Assembly: GCF_001194135.2 (NCBI RefSeq)
Contig: NC_069002.1
Coordinates: forward strand, 36,389,046 to 36,453,045
Origin: Octopus bimaculoides
Taxonomy: Eukaryota
DNA: 64,000 nucleotides
Direction: 5' to 3'
Positions 28,388-39,195 of the stretch are shown here, one piece after another. The translations under genes and the position numbers were made by a program. The notes below the pieces were generated by a model. The model had not been told where the DNA came from. It ran no database searches and worked only from the letters and a program-made list of their open reading frames with translations. Numbering within the stretch: position 1 is the stretch's first letter; every line of letters starts with the position of its first letter.

Positions 28388-30509
28388 TTAAACCCAGAAC
28401 GTAAAGACAGACGCCTTTACGATGCTGAATAATAGCCGGACACTTAGATCGGGCAGGTCCATAATTTGTAAAAGAAATGCTAACAAACAAATACGTATAC
28501 ATATATAATTATATGCAGTTATTGCGCTGCTCGAATCTTTACAATGGCAGTTCGTCCATAAACCTCCACATACACAAACTTGACCTCTACAGCATAATTC
28601 AAGGGGACTATTACATGGCAATCTTTTGCATATGTTGTCCCTCTTATATCTGCTTCTTCTGTAAACAGAGAAAATAATTAGAAATGTTAGCAATCTAAAG
28701 ACACCAGGTATGTTGTAACTGTACTATAGACACATATTTTATATCCGAAACCTCTAAACTGCTATTGTTCCCATGAAACGATTTTATAGTTACTTCGATT
28801 CTACTTGGATTGTGTTAACATTGTAGTGTGTTTACAATCCTGCTTCTGTCGCTGTCGCAACAGAAGCGAGACTTTCAAAAGACGAATGCTAATCATTAGG
28901 AGCATGCAACATCAACTATATAACATATGTGGTGCACCTTGTCAACCACCACTAAGTCCGGTCTGTTATGTTCTAGCATCTGATTTGTTTGGATTGGGAA
29001 ATCCCAGAGGATCTTGCAAGTCTCTGACTGCCCCACTCTCTGCGATTCGCGCTCAAACCACGTCTTGCTTCTCTCCAGGCCAACATGGCAAAGAACGGCA
29101 GCAGCTTCCCAACATGTCGTGTATGTCAACAACAAAATGAAACCATTGATCATGTTGACTCCCTGTGCAGTCTTCTTATGCCTACTGAGTATCTCAACAG
29201 GCATGACAGAGCTGCACAATATATGCACTGGGTAATTTGCAAAAACCTGGACCTGCCCTATGATATAAAAAAAAAACCTGATGTGAACACAAACCACCTC
29301 CAGTGATTGAAAAGGATCACATCGCACTCCTCTAGAACTTCATCATTCAAACTGACAGGAAGACAGATGCAAATAGGTCAGACATAATATTGAAAGACTT
29401 CAGACAAAAGTCATGCCTCCTCATTGATATAACTGTCCCAATCGATATAAACGTATCTGTCAAAACCTACCAAAAACTGAGCAAATATAGAGATCTTGAA
29501 ATAGAAATTTCTCTATCAGTGTGTATTGGCATATCTCAGAGTATGGTTGTTTTCCCATTTTCTGTGACCTTTTCTAGCGTGTACCTATACCATTATTATT
29601 ATTATTGTTATTTATTCAAGTCACTGCCTGGAATTGAACTCGGAATCTTGGGGTTAGTAGCCCGCGCCCTTAACCATTACGATATATAGTCCATGGGAAG
29701 TCTATATAACTTGTGTCAGTTAACTAATAATGTTGTTGTTTTTTTATCTGTGGTTGGGGTTTTACAGCCTTATGGCCTCCTTTCAAAATCTGTTTGTCAG
29801 ATAGATTACTTCGACATTTTATTCGTGTATTAATTTGATAAAAATAAATTTTAGATATATTCTCTGTAGAAAATACCTTTGTTTAACATTTAGACAAATA
29901 TTTTTTCCCCTAATCCAGACAATATTTCAGATAGTTACTCTATTTTCTGATTTTATTTTTGTTACACAAAGCACGAGACACTCTTTACAAAATAAGCCTA
30001 ACACAAATAAATCAGTTAACAAAAGCATTATAACAATTATTTCACTTTTACTGATGCCATTCTCAAACAATTGTCAATATATAATTCTTACCTTCCATCC
30101 AAACGGTCATAATCTGTTTCTGACTTGGCATCGGACATACTGCGATCTGAATATGATACACGAACACAAGAATAACACAAGAATAACACGGGCCTCATAA
30201 ATATAGTATGGAAGATAGAAGAGCCATGAAAATTTGATGAGAATAAGCAATCTCTCATCCTTTGAAAACATAAAAAACAACGACTCTCCCCACGTCTCTC
30301 TCCTTTTCTCTCTCACTCCTTTCACCACTTCTAGAAAACATAAAAAACAACGACTCTTCCCTCATCCCCTCTCTCTCTCTTTCCTTTTCTCTCTCACTAG
30401 CTCTAGAATTACTATGAAGTGATGGTAGTGGGGAATATTTACCTTGCTTCTGCGACGAGGTGCTTGAAACGAGTATGCCAATGCAGAGAAGTGCAAGAGT
30501 CTTTTTCAT
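28388..30509 (-). CDS. Knottin (ICK, agatoxin-like) precursor gene C, 130 aa, 3 coding exons, extended hydrophobic tail
   Basis: Exons are 30509-30443 (acceptor at 30517, CAAG|GTAAAT), 30146-30092 (55 nt, AG|GTAAGA) and 28658-28388. Protein: MKKTLALLCIGILVSSTSSQKQDRSMSDAKSETDYDRLDGRRSRYKR/DNICKRLPCNSPLELCCRGQVCVCGGLWTNCHCKDSSSAITAYNYICIRICLLAFLLQIMDLPDLSVRLLFSIVKASVFTFWV*. Confidence 0.87.
28800..29070 (-). mobile_element. R4/Dong-like non-LTR restriction-like endonuclease fragment
   Basis: Frame reads KILWDFPIQTNQMLEHNRPDLVVVDKVHHICYIVDVAC (PD..D core). Confidence 0.75.
29075..29515 (+). mobile_element. R4/Dong-like non-LTR fragment (zinc knuckle plus RLE)
   Basis: CRVCQQQNETIDHVDSLC...HDRAAQYMHW, then RSDIILKDFRQKSCLLIDITVP...KLSKYRDLEIEI. 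Confidence 0.8.
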
Positions 30510-30680
30510 CACGCAACTAATGATATAAAATATAAGAAAGCAATTTAAGACAAGCTATGCACTGTTACCCAACTTCTTAAATCTTGAATTAATTCTATCA
30601 TAAAAAGCTGAATTTCCATATAAACTAAAATATAGTTAACGGCAACGGCGAATAATCGTTTCGATTCAGGTGTAACGCCT

Positions 30681-31384
30681 GAAATTTGGGGGAAAGGGAC
30701 TACTTACTTACATCCACCTCTCTACTTTACCTGTACTATTTCATCGACCAATGTACGTGACTAGTAATTTTTTTTTTACTTAGAATGGATGTAAACCAAA
30801 CTCGACTTCTGAACTCACAACTAAAAACGGACAAAATACCGCAGATCGTTTTGTCCGGCGGTACGTTAGCGATTCGACCGGTCAGCCGCCTCCTTGTTTC
30901 TAAGCCTTCAATAAGATTACTATCAAAGCAAAACCACAACAAACTTCTTGTATTCTCGACATAAGAATACATACCATCCAATCAAAATCAAACGTACAAA
31001 TAAAAGTCCATTCAACCACCATCGCTAGCATCATCATCATCATCATCATCAACACTACACACTCTGTATCGCTTTTACATATCTGCACACGACCAAAAGT
31101 TAATAGTTTAAACATTACCTATTTCTTGCATTCCTCCGTTAGTATTTCAGGGGTCTTGTAGATCTCCCTTGTACAAGGATCAAGATATTTTGTAGTAATT
31201 ACACAAATTAAACCTAGCTGGTCATACTTATACCGTTTCTGTACTTCACCAATCCCCCTCCTCCTCCTCCTCCTCCTCCTCTTATGCTGCGACTGTCTTT
31301 TACAAAGATTCCTCCTCCGCATTAATCAACACCGCTTTCTTTCACTGCTTTTTCCTCACTTTTCATCTTCTCTCCCCTTTCCGA

Positions 31385-31448
<64 letters not shown>

Positions 31449-31515
31449 NNNNNNNNNNNNNNNNNNNNNNNNNNNNNNNNNNNNNNNNNNNNNNNNNNNN
31501 NNNNNNNNNNNNNNN

Positions 31516-31584
<69 letters not shown>

Positions 31585-32278
31585 GTGTGTATATGTATAT
31601 ATATACATATATTTGTGTGTGTGTGTATGAGTATGTATGTATAGATAAATAGATGTAGTCATAAATATATTTGTATGCATATATACACATGTGGTATATG
31701 AGACTTTACTTGCTAAATGGTTGAAATGTCTTTGCTGGTTGTATAACTGTAAATCGGAAATCTAATGAAATACAGTTCATGCTGTGGACTTCTATAGAAG
31801 AGAGAAATGCAGCCACGCAAAGGCCATGTGTTGCATTTCATATGTCAACAAATATTGGTTCCAGAAAATAGCTGCTGTCGTCGTGATAGAGTCCAGAGTT
31901 AATGACCTTCTAATTCGGGTATTATCATTGTTATTATCATTGCCATGGTAATTAATTTTGTCCTGATCACTCTTACATGAAGGTAGAGAGGTGTGTCGAG
32001 AATACAAGAAGTTTGTTGTGGTTTTGCTTTGATAGTAATCTTATTGAAGGCTTAGAAACAAGGAGGCGGCTGACCGGTCGAATCGCTAACGTATCGCCGG
32101 ACAAAACGATCTGCGGTATTTTGTCCGTTTTTAGTCGTGAGTTCAGAAGTTGAGTTTGGTTTACATCCATTCGAAGTAAAAAATTAAAAAATTACTAGTC
32201 ACGTACATTGGTCGATGAAATAGTACAGGTAAAGTAGAGAGGTGGATGTAAGTAAGTAGTCCCCTTCCTCCAAATTTC
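30681..32278. repeat. Long inverted repeat: about 280-bp arms 30681-30961 and 31994-32278
   Basis: The arms are near-identical reverse complements and include both a decayed SINE and adjacent non-SINE sequence (cttcaataagattactatcaaagcaaaaccacaacaaacttcttgtattctcgaca). Confidence 0.9.
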
Positions 32279-32599
32279 GTAGTAATTCTAGATTTTCTGG
32301 ATATTTTCCATGCCTATTGCATTAAATCATAAAGTCATTTAGATTGAGAAATAGTTTTGACAGCTCACTTTGTTTCCTGTGTTCATCTCATTGTCTTACT
32401 ATTAATCTTTTTATTAGCAATCCTGTTTATTATACAAATGTTCATAATTTATTATACAAATGATCGTAATCATTCTCATTATCTTGATTGATGCTCTCTC
32501 GAAACACCGGCACGCATATTTTACCGTCTTTAGGTGTGTTTTCGGTATTTACCGCAAGAATATACAAGATGTTCACAGATTTGGGGTATAGCAGTATTA

Positions 32600-32906
32600 T
32601 AATATTCTTCAGTGTGTCAAAAAATTATATTTCTTAGAATACTTAGACTTTCAGCTACCAAAGAAATATATTTCTAATTATGAAATTAATCACACATCTA
32701 AGATGGTTGGATCTTCGATTGACGTATTGTAGGTTTTTAATAGGTTTATGGTACGAATGATGGAGTCCATTATTAAGGTTCAATGTAACGTTCAGAAACT
32801 TCACTGCGCTATAGTCTTTCTCTAAGGAGATAAAGACTCCAGCTTCTCTTTTCAGATATATTACAATTATAGAAAGTGAACACAACGTCATCCCAAAAAA
32901 GACCAT
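32600..32906 (-). mobile_element. Penelope-like RT C-terminal remnant
   Basis: ORF reads VKFLNVTLNLNNGLHHSYHKP...YVNRRSNH. Confidence 0.6.
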
Positions 32907-33213
32907 GCCCCCGATTCCTGAGAATTCCCTATTGATTCAGCGTATATATATATCTACAATCAACGGCATACTTCTCTAGGTGACTAAGCATCTGCATGAT
33001 AGTCGTGACATGTCAAATGCTCCGGCAGCAAAAGTATGCTGCTAAACAAATAAAATCAGTAAGGAATAAAATGAAACTAAGCAAAACTTCTAAAATTTAA
33101 CGTAAAAACATTCAGCCTTGTGACGTAAATTCCAAGAAGAGACGCTTTGTTTCTTTGTTAGAGTCTTGCTTCTTTAGTAGCTTTTATTATTGCCATTTTA
33201 TATCAACAGGTGC

Positions 33214-34993
33214 ATGATGAAACATAATTTTATCCTCTGTTTGTACTTCTGTGTACTCATTCCATTCGTGTTCTCATATTTTCAAGGTAAGTACTCATTG
33301 TTCCTTATTACTTCATAGTGAATGGGGACAGAGTAAGTGGCAAAGAGATTATTTCATGGATTGGGAATGTTTTTTCTATCCTTGTGTCATCAAATTCCCT
33401 TCTCTTCTCTTGTTTCACGTGATTCTTCCTTTCAGCGCTAGTTTCTTTCCGTTTATCATCTCTTATCAACCCACCTTGAAGAATTGTAGCCGAATGAGTT
33501 GACCCCAGTGCTTCTTTTTAAGGCCTAGGAATTATTTCATGGGTCTCTTTTGAAGAACCTCTAAGTTACAAGGACGTCGTCGCACTTCCCAGCTACTGAT
33601 CCTCTGCAAATATCTAAAGAGGAACATCCACCGGTCTTGTTGCCCGACTTGTAGAGGACAGTGAGCGCCTGACGACATTCTAAGGGCCAGGCGCCCAGTC
33701 TCGGCCTATCCTTTACCCAGGACCGCAGCTCCGTCAAGGAGACGAGCTGCGGAAAGGCGTGTCTCACAAACAGAGCCCACACACCTAGTAATCGCTGCAG
33801 GTGGCGCAACCTGAGTGCGTGTCTGCGCATTAAAATCTATGGCAAGCCAAAGCCGCCACGCAAAAGAAGTTGACAGCAGACCAATCGCCTGACCATTGGA
33901 ACGAGTCCTTTCCACAAGAAAATAAACAGGATACGCTCCAGTCTAATCAAACAGTAACTGGGGCAAGGCACAACGGTCAGACGATAAATAATGACAGTTT
34001 CTCTCGGTTTCTGTCAACTAAATCTACTCACAAGGCTTTGGACTGTCCAATGTTATTGTAGAAGATACCTGCCAAAGGAGCGCCGTAGTGGCTCTAAACC
34101 CGAAACCGTTTAAGGGAAGCAAACTACACTACTCCTCCCCATCCCCAGTACGTTTACAAAAGATGTGTGTGAGGGGTGAAGCTGCAAGACTAAATGGGTT
34201 TATTTTGACAAGCATGGTGGTATACTGGAAGACTGCACGTTTGATTTCTGTGAAATCAATCATCCTATTTCCAGGAAGGAAAATATAAATTCCAGTCTTT
34301 ACTGACCTCTTTTATTCTTGTACTTGTTTCAGTCATTTGACTGTGGCCATGCTGGAGCACCGCCTTTAGTCGAGAAAATCGACCCCAGGACTTATTCTTT
34401 GTAAGCCTAGTACTTATTCTATCGGCCTCTTTTTGCCGAACTGCTAAGTTACGGGGACGTAAACACACCAGCATCGGTTGTCAAGCGATGTTGGATGGAC
34501 AAACACAGGCACACATACACACACACACACACACATACACATATATATATACGACGGGCTTCTTTCAGTTTCCGTCTACCAAATCCACTCACAAGGCTTT
34601 GGTCGGCCCGAGGCTATAGTAGAAGACACTTGCNNNNNNNNNNCTACCAAATCCACTCACAAGGCTTTGGTCGGCCCGAGGCTATAGTAGAAGACACTTG
34701 CCCAAGGTGCCACGCAGTGGGACTGAACCCGGAACCACGTGGTTCGTAAGCAAGCTACTTCCCACACAGCCACTGCTACGCCTATCCTGTGAATTTTTCA
34801 AACGTAGTATAGGTATAATTTCACCGTCTACTATTTATTTAAATATCCAGTTACTATATTTGTGTAATCGATATGTTTTCTTATAAGAATTTAATCAACT
34901 GAAAACTGATTCATCGTAACGATTGACGTAATTTCCAGATCGATATATGCCTGAGGTTTTTTTAAAAAGAGGGCTTAAAGGTTTCGTAAAAAG
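33214..34993 (+). CDS. Knottin gene D: shared signal-peptide and propeptide exons
   Basis: Exon 33214-33286 encodes MMKHNFILCLYFCVLIPFVFSYFQ (acceptor caacag at 33209, CAAG|GTAAGT). Exon 34939-34993 is 55 nt and encodes DRYMPEVFLKRGLKGFVK(R) (ttccag|AT...AG|GTAAGA). Phases and pro-exon length match genes B and C. Confidence 0.87.
33545..33860 (-). mobile_element. Probable LINE (L1/Tx1-like) fragment in gene D intron
   Basis: GC-rich island with ORF ALRLRHLQRLL..WALFVRHAFPQL. Family assignment is from memory of similar remnants only. Confidence 0.3.
34550..34785 (-). mobile_element. tRNA-derived SINE (second family)
   Basis: Reads ccactcacaaggctttggtcggcccgaggctatagtagaagacacttgcccaagg...ccacacagcc. 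Related copies lie at about 36120-36250, 48605-48765, 61110-61245 and 63480-63595. The internal duplication at the small N-gap is probably an assembly artifact. Confidence 0.8.
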
Positions 34994-35160
34994 GTAAGAA
35001 TTATATATTTTATCTTTTATCTTGTTTCAGTTATTAAATTGCGGTCATGCTGGGGCACTACCTTGAGGAATTTTGGCCGCACTTGACCTTTGTACTAATT
35101 TTCCATTTTTCAAAAGCCTGATACATATTTACTCGGTTTTTTTTTTTTTTTTTTTTTTTT

Positions 35161-35777
35161 NNNNNNNNNNNNNNNNNNNNNNNNNNNNNNNNNNNNNNNN
35201 NNNNNNNNNNNNNNNNNNNNNNNNNNNNNNNNNNNNNNNNNNNNNNNNNNNNNNNNNNNNNNNNNNNNNNNNNNNNNNNNNNNNNNNNNNNNNNNNNNNN
35301 NNNNNNNNNNNNNNNNNNNNNNNNNNNNNNNNNNNNNNNNNNNNNNNNNNNNNNNNNNNNNNNNNNNNNNNNNNNNNNNNNNNNNNNNNNNNNNNNNNNN
35401 NNNNNNNNNNNNNNNNNNNNNNNNNNNNNNNNNNNNNNNNNNNNNNNNNNNNNNNNNNNNNNNNNNNNNNNNNNNNNNNNNNNNNNNNNNNNNNNNNNNN
35501 NNNNNNNNNNNNNNNNNNNNNNNNNNNNNNNNNNNNNNNNNNNNNNNNNNNNNNNNNNNNNNNNNNNNNNNNNNNNNNNNNNNNNNNNNNNNNNNNNNNN
35601 NNNNNNNNNNNNNNNNNNNNNNNNNNNNNNNNNNNNNNNNNNNNNNNNNNNNNNNNNNNNNNNNNNNNNNNNNNNNNNNNNNNNNNNNNNNNNNNNNNNN
35701 NNNNNNNNNNNNNNNNNNNNNNNNNNNNNNNNNNNNNNNNNNNNNNNNNNNNNNNNNNNNNNNNNNNNNNNNNNNNN
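35161..35777. other. Assembly gap inside gene D; other N-gaps at 1158-1263, 3180-3446, 15462-16154, 25753-26570, 31449-31515, 40826-40886, 50094-50550, 54780-55027
   Basis: N runs, mostly flanked by simple repeats. They may hide additional exons. Confidence 1.
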
Positions 35778-36046
35778 CGAACCCTGCTGTCCTCTTTCAC
35801 CACAACTTTCTCTCACTCTTACTTCCTGTTTCTGTTGTGCCTGTAATCCAAAGGGGCCAGCCTTGTCACACTGTGTCACGCTGAATATCCCCGAGAACTA
35901 CGTTAAGGATACACGTGTCTGTGGAGTGCTCAGCCACTTGCACGTTAATTTCACGAGCAGGCTGTTCCGTTGATCGGATCAACTGGAACCCTCGACGTCG
36001 TAAGCGACGGAGTGCCAACAATGTATGTATGTATGTTTTGTGTGTG

Positions 36047-36078
<32 letters not shown>

Positions 36079-36619
36079 TGTACGTATGTATGTATGTACG
36101 TACGTACAGGCTTACTTTAATTTCTGACAACCAAATCCACTCTCAAGGCTGTGGTTGGCCCGAGGCTATAGTAGAATGCACTTCGAGACTGAACCTTGAA
36201 CCATGTTGTCAGGAAACGAACTTCTTACTACACAGCCACGCCTGCTCCTATACTGATAACTGATTCAGCTGCGCTATTATTATTAGTATTGTTATTATTA
36301 GACTCGTTAGCACACAGGACATATTATTAAACATAACTAGTCCTGGATCATTTTGATACCACCTCGTACTATGTGGTGAGAATCTTTGGAATTTGAATCT
36401 CGAATAATTTTTGCTTAGTATCAGGTTGTTACTTCTTGCTAGTTCAGTAACACTTCTATGGCCTATACACTTCTGCTAACGTGCTGTAACATTTGACTGT
36501 ATGTATCTACAAACATATTTATAGGAACAAAAATAATTTAATCAAGCACTGTATTAACACAACGTAATTACGAAGTTCTTTCTTTTATATATCTTCTTTG
36601 CTTTTATCTACATTTCCAG

Positions 36620-36758
36620 AAGCATATGGCCTACATGCGGAGCATTTGCTGAGAAATGCCAACATAAGCGGAGTAGGTTATATAATCCATGTTGTAGGCA
36701 ATATGATTGTACATGTAGGATCGTCTGGAAGAAATGCCTGTGCATGTATCCTAAATAG
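36620..36758 (+). CDS. Gene D terminal exon D1: tail-less 8-Cys knottin
   Basis: Acceptor catttccag|A (phase 2), then SIWPTCGAFAEKCQHKRSRLYNPCCRQYDCTCRIVWKKCLCMYPK*. AATAAA motifs follow near 36837 and 37167. Confidence 0.85.
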
Positions 36759-37384
36759 TATGTCCATTGATTAAAGTATCTTCCATGAATGTCATGCTGT
36801 TTAAAATTGTTAACCTCATTATATGAGACAAAGGAAAATAAAAATACTTTTTATGCGAAATTGTTATTTGTTCAACGCTAACATGTCCAATATATATTTT
36901 ACGTTGCTGGAAATTTAGAGCCAAGTGAAGCAGTTTTTTGGCTTCTTAGACTTCGTGTACATTTTTGCAGTTATTATGTGACTACATGTAACGATAAACT
37001 ATAGAAAAGCATCAAGAGATAACTTGGTTTTCTATTTATAACAAAAAAAAACAAAATCAAGCGTCACAGGGCTCCGTTATTTGCTTCATAATGAACTCCT
37101 TCGCATTTGTTAAGAAGTTGGGTATTAATTATGAAATCCTTTGCTTTCATTAAAAATAGTTTTGTCAATAAATCTATTTTAAAAAACTACGTTTTTCAGT
37201 TTCAAGTACATTTTCAAACCCCAAAACAAATTCTCACCCACCCAAACACACACACACTGTAAAAGTTCGGTGAAAATTCATATTTATAGGCACAAAAATA
37301 ATTTAATCAAGCACTGTATTAACACAACGTAATTGCGAAGGTCTTTCTTTTATATATCTTCTTTGCTTTTATCTACATTTCTAG

Positions 37385-37547
37385 AAGCATATGGCCTACA
37401 TGCGGGGGATTTGGTGAGAGATGCAACCCTGTGCGGAGAAGATTATATGCTCCATGTTGTAGGCAATATGATTGTGCATGTAGGATCGCCTGGGAGAGAT
37501 GCATGTGCATGTATCCTTCTTTTAGTAATAGTATGTCCATTAATTAA
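37385..37547 (+). CDS. Gene D terminal exon D2: tail-less 8-Cys knottin
   Basis: Acceptor catttctag|A (phase 2), then SIWPTCGGFGERCNPVRRRLYAPCCRQYDCACRIAWERCMCMYPSFSNSMSIN*. Confidence 0.85.
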
Positions 37548-38148
37548 AGTATCTTCCATGAATGTCATGCTGTTTAAAATTGGTAACCTCATTATATGAG
37601 ACAAAGGAAAATAAAAATACTTTTTATGTGAAATTTTTATTTGTTCAACGCTGACATGTCCAATATATATTTTACGTTGCTGGAAATTTAGAGCCAAGTG
37701 AAGCAGTTTTATGGCTTCTTAGACTTCGTGTACATTTTTGCAGTTATTATGTGACTACATGTAACGATAAACTATAGAAAAGCATCAAGAGATAACTTGG
37801 TTTTCTATTTATAACAAAAAAAACAAAATCAAGCGTCACAGGGCTCCGTTATTTGCTTCATAATGAACTCCTTCGCATTTGTTAAGAAGTTGGGTATTAA
37901 TTATGAAATCCTTTGCTTTCATTTAAAATAGTTCTGTCAATAAATCTATTTTAAAAAACTACACGTTTTTCAGTTTCAGGTACATTTTCAAACCCCAAAA
38001 CAAATTCTCACCCACCCAAACACACACACACTGTAAATGTTCGGTGAAAATTCAGTCATACTGAGTTTTCAAAATAATTGAAGAGAGAGAAAGAAAAAAA
38101 AAGGGGGTGGTTATAATTTCTGTCTCGGTGCGTGTTATTCATTTTTTC

Positions 38149-38211
38149 AATTTCAGTCTCTGTGCACTGGTCTCTTCACCGCGAAGAGACCAGTGCACAG
38201 AGACTGAAATT
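38149..38211. repeat. Perfect 29-bp inverted repeat with 5-nt loop
   Basis: AATTTCAGTCTCTGTGCACTGGTCTCTTC-accgc-GAAGAGACCAGTGCACAGAGACTGAAATT. Confidence 0.95.
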
Positions 38212-38213
38212 AG

Positions 38214-38328
38214 CCTATACACTTCTATGGCCTATACACTTCTATGGCCTATACACTTCTATGGCCTATACACTTCTATGGCCTATACACTTCTATGGCC
38301 TATACACTTCTATGGCCTATACACTTCT
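38214..38328. repeat. 17-bp minisatellite (CCTATACACTTCTATGG), about 6.8 copies
   Basis: Direct reading. About 1.5 copies lie upstream of D1 (near 36450-36475) and none upstream of D2. Confidence 0.95.
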
Positions 38329-38473
38329 GCTGACGTGCTGTAACATTTGAATGTATGTATCTACAAACATATTTATAGGAACAAAAATAATTTAATCAAG
38401 CACTGCATTTACACAACGTAATTGCGAAGTTCTTTCTTTTATATATCTCCTTTGCTATTATCTACATTTCCAG

Positions 38474-38699
38474 AAGCACAAGGTCTAAATGCAGAGGATT
38501 TGGTGAGAGATGCAATCCTATGCGGAGAAGATTATCTGCTCCATGTTGTAAGGAATATGATTGTATATGTAGGAACGCCTGGCAGAGATGCATGTGCGTG
38601 AATTCTACTTTGAGTAAAAGTGACACAGCGGTTACATACTTACATAATTATATATTTATGTATCAGTGTATTTCTTTATTTTCCGCTTTGACCCTGTAA
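38474..38699 (+). CDS. Gene D terminal exon D3: 8-Cys knottin with GPI-like tail
   Basis: Acceptor catttccag|A (phase 2), then STRSKCRGFGERCNPMRRRLSAPCCKEYDCICRNAWQRCMCVNSTLSKSDTAVTYLHNYIFMYQCISLFSALTL*. The tail aligns with the gene B tail. Confidence 0.85.
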
Positions 38700-38984
38700 T
38701 ACAGACATCTCTGGTCATAACTATTGTTGTCATTATTATTATTATTATTATTATTGAGGGAGAGAGCCGTGCATGCCATCAAAGTGGCATTGGGGTAAAA
38801 TATACGAAGCCCATTATACCCATCATGACTACCCGTCTGTACAGGAATACATTAGTAAATAAACAGCAGGTCAAAGGAATGGCACAAAAATATCTTTATG
38901 GCAAAGCATCGTACAAATATTTGTGCATGAACATTCTTTGGATATTGATTTGTAGAAAATGTATTCTGTGCAGGTGGCACGTAA

Positions 38985-39195
38985 AATACACCATTTGAGC
39001 GTGGCCGTCGCCAGTACCTCTTGACTACACTCTCGGAGTGGTTGGCGTTAGGAAGGGCATCCAAATGCAGAAACTCTGCCAAATCAGGTTGGAGCCTGGT
39101 GTCGCCTCCTGGTCCACCAGTCCTCAGTCAAATCGTCCAACTCATGCTAGCTTGGAAAGCAGACGTTAAACGACGACGATGATGATGATGATGAC
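38985..39195. mobile_element. LINE/SINE 3'-end family with (GAT)n/(CAT)n tail
   Basis: Shared ggttggcgttaggaagggcatcc...tcctcagtcaaatcgtccaac core. Copies also at about 44580-44745, 49180-49400 and 63710-64000. Confidence 0.75.

Larger units (their letters stand above)
36450..38600 (+). repeat. Tandem triplication carrying exons D1-D3
   Basis: Near-identical acceptor-side sequence (aataatttaatcaagcactg...tatctacattt(c/t)(c/t)ag) precedes all three exons. About 500 bp of 3' sequence is near-identical after D1 and D2. Confidence 0.92.

Noticed and set aside
34600-34700. Tandem duplication within a SINE around a 10-N gap
   Set aside because: Most likely a contig-overlap artifact.
38214-38328. 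Short tandem repeats (here and 61486-61640) as CRISPR-like arrays
   Set aside because: There are no unique spacers and the context is eukaryotic. They are minisatellites.
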